Program-made: the position numbers and the translations under genes
Source of the DNA: Protoeuglena noctilucae
Taxonomy: Eukaryota
Direction of reading: 5' to 3'
NCBI GenBank assembly: GCA_958009085.1
Contig: OY253687.1
Coordinates: 744,001 to 808,000 of the forward strand
DNA: 64,000 nucleotides
The notes under the pieces: generated by a model
What the model was told of the DNA's origin: nothing
Seen by the model: only the letters and a program-made list of their open reading frames with translations
Databases searched by the model: none
Part shown: piece by piece, positions 61,888 through 64,000 of the stretch
Layout of the letters: every line of letters starts with the position of its first letter
Numbering within the stretch: the first letter of the stretch is position 1

Positions 61888-62213
61888 TTGCGCGCGATCG
61901 GAACCCAGAACGTTCGATCCGCCCTGCCAAGAGGCTTGATAAAGAGTAACGATTCCACAGGTGAGTGTAGGTCGCAGTTCCTGCGGCAGGGACTGAAAGC
62001 GAAGCAGTCAATGCAGCGCCAGTGCAACGTTAGGGTATGCTCCTGCCAGCCTCAGAGAGGGCACCCGGGCGCGCGTGAACGCATATCGAGCGCTGCACCG
62101 AGGCGCATCTACGATCACTGCCGGCCGCCTGATAACGAACGTGACGACGCGGAGGGCTGCGATGGATTGCGCACTTACCCCGGTTAAAGGCGTTGCACCG
62201 GATTGCTAACGAT

Positions 62214-64000
62214 ATGAGGTGGATCCCGTTCCTTCCGCACGAATGCTCGGGGACGCCCCCGGGACCCCGTAGCGGCCACACGGCTGCGGTTCTGACCCAG
62301 GTGGGCCGGGGCCGATTCTCTGCGGGAAGTCCACTGCTGGCTCGCGCTCGCGTCTGTGGGCGCAACCTGGTCGTTTGCTCCTCCAATGATATCCATTCCG
62401 CGCTCGCTGCTTGCGGCGCTTTCAGGCGTCTCGTTCCGCGACCCTGCGCGAGGCTCTCAACGCGCCCCTCGCTCGTCCGCGCAGTGCAAGCTCGGCAGGA
62501 ACGCCGTCGTTGTCTTCGGTGGCGTCCGCGAGGGCCTCTTCCTTGGCGACCTGCACGTCTTTTTGCCGGAGAGCAACTCGTGGGTCGCGCCCGACGTGTT
62601 TGCCGAGCGCCGGCCCCGCGCGCGGGCCTTCCACTGCTCCGCGGCAGGTAAGGATGACTTTGTGGACTCGACGCTATGCAAATCCTGGACTTTAAGACGC
62701 ATCCCGGCTGCAGCGGGCTGCAGCGAGGCAACGCCGCACCGCTCTCCCCCTCTCTCCAGACGGCGCGCACGTGTACATCTGGGGCGGGCGCTGCGGAGAC
62801 ATCACGTTCGAGGATTTCTGGCGATTCGACTTAGACGCGAACCACTGGTGACTTACAGCGCGTGGCGACCCCGACCGCCCCCGCAGCTCCCACACCCTGC
62901 CTCGCTAACCTCCTCTACCCTTTCTCCGCGTATCTGTTCCTCAGGGAAGAACTGAGCTGCACCGGCACGGTCCCCCTCAGCCGCGACTTCGCGTCGCTGA
63001 CGTGCGTGTGCCCGGGCCGCCTGGTGTTGTTTGGCGGGTATGGCTCCGGTCAGTGGTTTGGCGACGCGTTGGCTTTCGATGTCGCCACGTGCGCCTGGCA
63101 CGGCCTGGAGCCGCCCGCGGGAGAGGGCTCGTCGCCGCCGCTCACGCCGCCGCCCCGCAGCACGCACGGCGCGCTGTGGGTGCAGCAGGGTGCCCCATCC
63201 ACCGGCCGGCTGCTGGTGTTTGGGGGCCAGGGCCACGGGGGAAGGCAGCTGGACGATCTGTGGGCGCTGAAGGGGGCGAACGAGGCTGACCTGGAGGGGG
63301 GGAGCCGAGAGGGCGTGGTGTGGGCCAAGATACCCCTGCCGGCCTCAGGTGTGACATGGCGCATGGGAGGTTTGGTGGGTGGGTCTGCTGGTGAATGTGG
63401 GCTTGTGAGAGAGTCTAAGGCGTCGGGTTGTTAGTTTGATTGTAGTTTTGTGTATCCTCTCTGACTCGACATGCAATGCTGTAGCTCGCTGTGGTTTGTG
63501 TTACGACTGATCGGCAGCAGTCGCTACTGCTGCCATCTCCCAGCAATGCCAACACCGTATAGTAATATATCTCTTTGTAAGAATTATCTCTTCGTGCCTG
63601 TTCGCGTCGCAGTGGGACCCGGCGCGCGGTCGGGGATGTGCGTGGCGGAGGAGAGCGGCGTGATTGTGGCCATGGGCGGGCACAGCAGCGGGCACCTGCT
63701 GAGAGGACTGGTGATGGGTGACAAGAGGGGCGTGTACCACAGGCGAGGGATGGTTGGGTGGGGTGGTCTAGTGGTGGGGTGAGAGTGGAGCGAGTGGACG
63801 GGCAATCTTTCCCCATTACTGCTCCTATGACTTTCATTCATGATTGCAGCACCGTCTTTGGCCGATGGTGTGCATTGATGAACCTGTGCTCTCTTCACTC
63901 ATCGCAGTTCCGTCGACGTCCTCAATCGCGTGCACTGATGTTACTGCATCATCTACCCCAATCGCAGTTCCGTCTATGTGCTAAATCGCGTGCATGAGGT
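62214..64000 (+). CDS. Kelch/galactose-oxidase repeat protein (5' part; runs off the window)
   Basis: PPGPRSGHTA, VVVFGGV, RAFHCS...VYIWGGR, RDFAS...LVLFGGY, PRSTHGA...LLVFGGQ...LDDLWAL. Confidence 0.88.

Overview
This is GC-rich, intron-rich eukaryotic nuclear DNA, most consistent with a flagellated green alga (IFT52, starch branching enzyme, type-B response regulator, plastid/mitochondrial transit peptides). About 19 spliced protein-coding genes can be reconstructed by hand. They include Spc24, OTU1/YOD1, a type-B response regulator, 3-mercaptopyruvate sulfurtransferase, a single-domain rhodanese, starch branching enzyme, SFT2, a GH36 raffinose synthase/SIP-like protein, a SET-domain protein, a membrane class III nucleotidyl cyclase, two paralogous 4-TM proteins, PI synthase, IFT52, a secreted EF-hand/repeat protein, a kelch protein and several uncharacterised genes. 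I found no RNA genes, CRISPR arrays or recognisable transposons. The main unexplained signals are: (1) gene-body introns repeatedly carry degenerate copies of the adjacent exon end plus splice site, differing mostly at synonymous positions; (2) GC-AG introns are unusually frequent; (3) genes start head-to-head in CpG-rich islands while downstream introns are CpG-poor and skewed G-rich 5' / C-rich 3'; (4) the cyclase has an in-frame TAG; (5) an LCI1/Sho1-like 4-TM paralog pair sits head-to-head; (6) a secreted EF-hand protein carries a Thr/Ala/Gly repeat tail. Gene models were built by eye, family assignments come from remembered motifs rather than searches, and some start sites are approximate.
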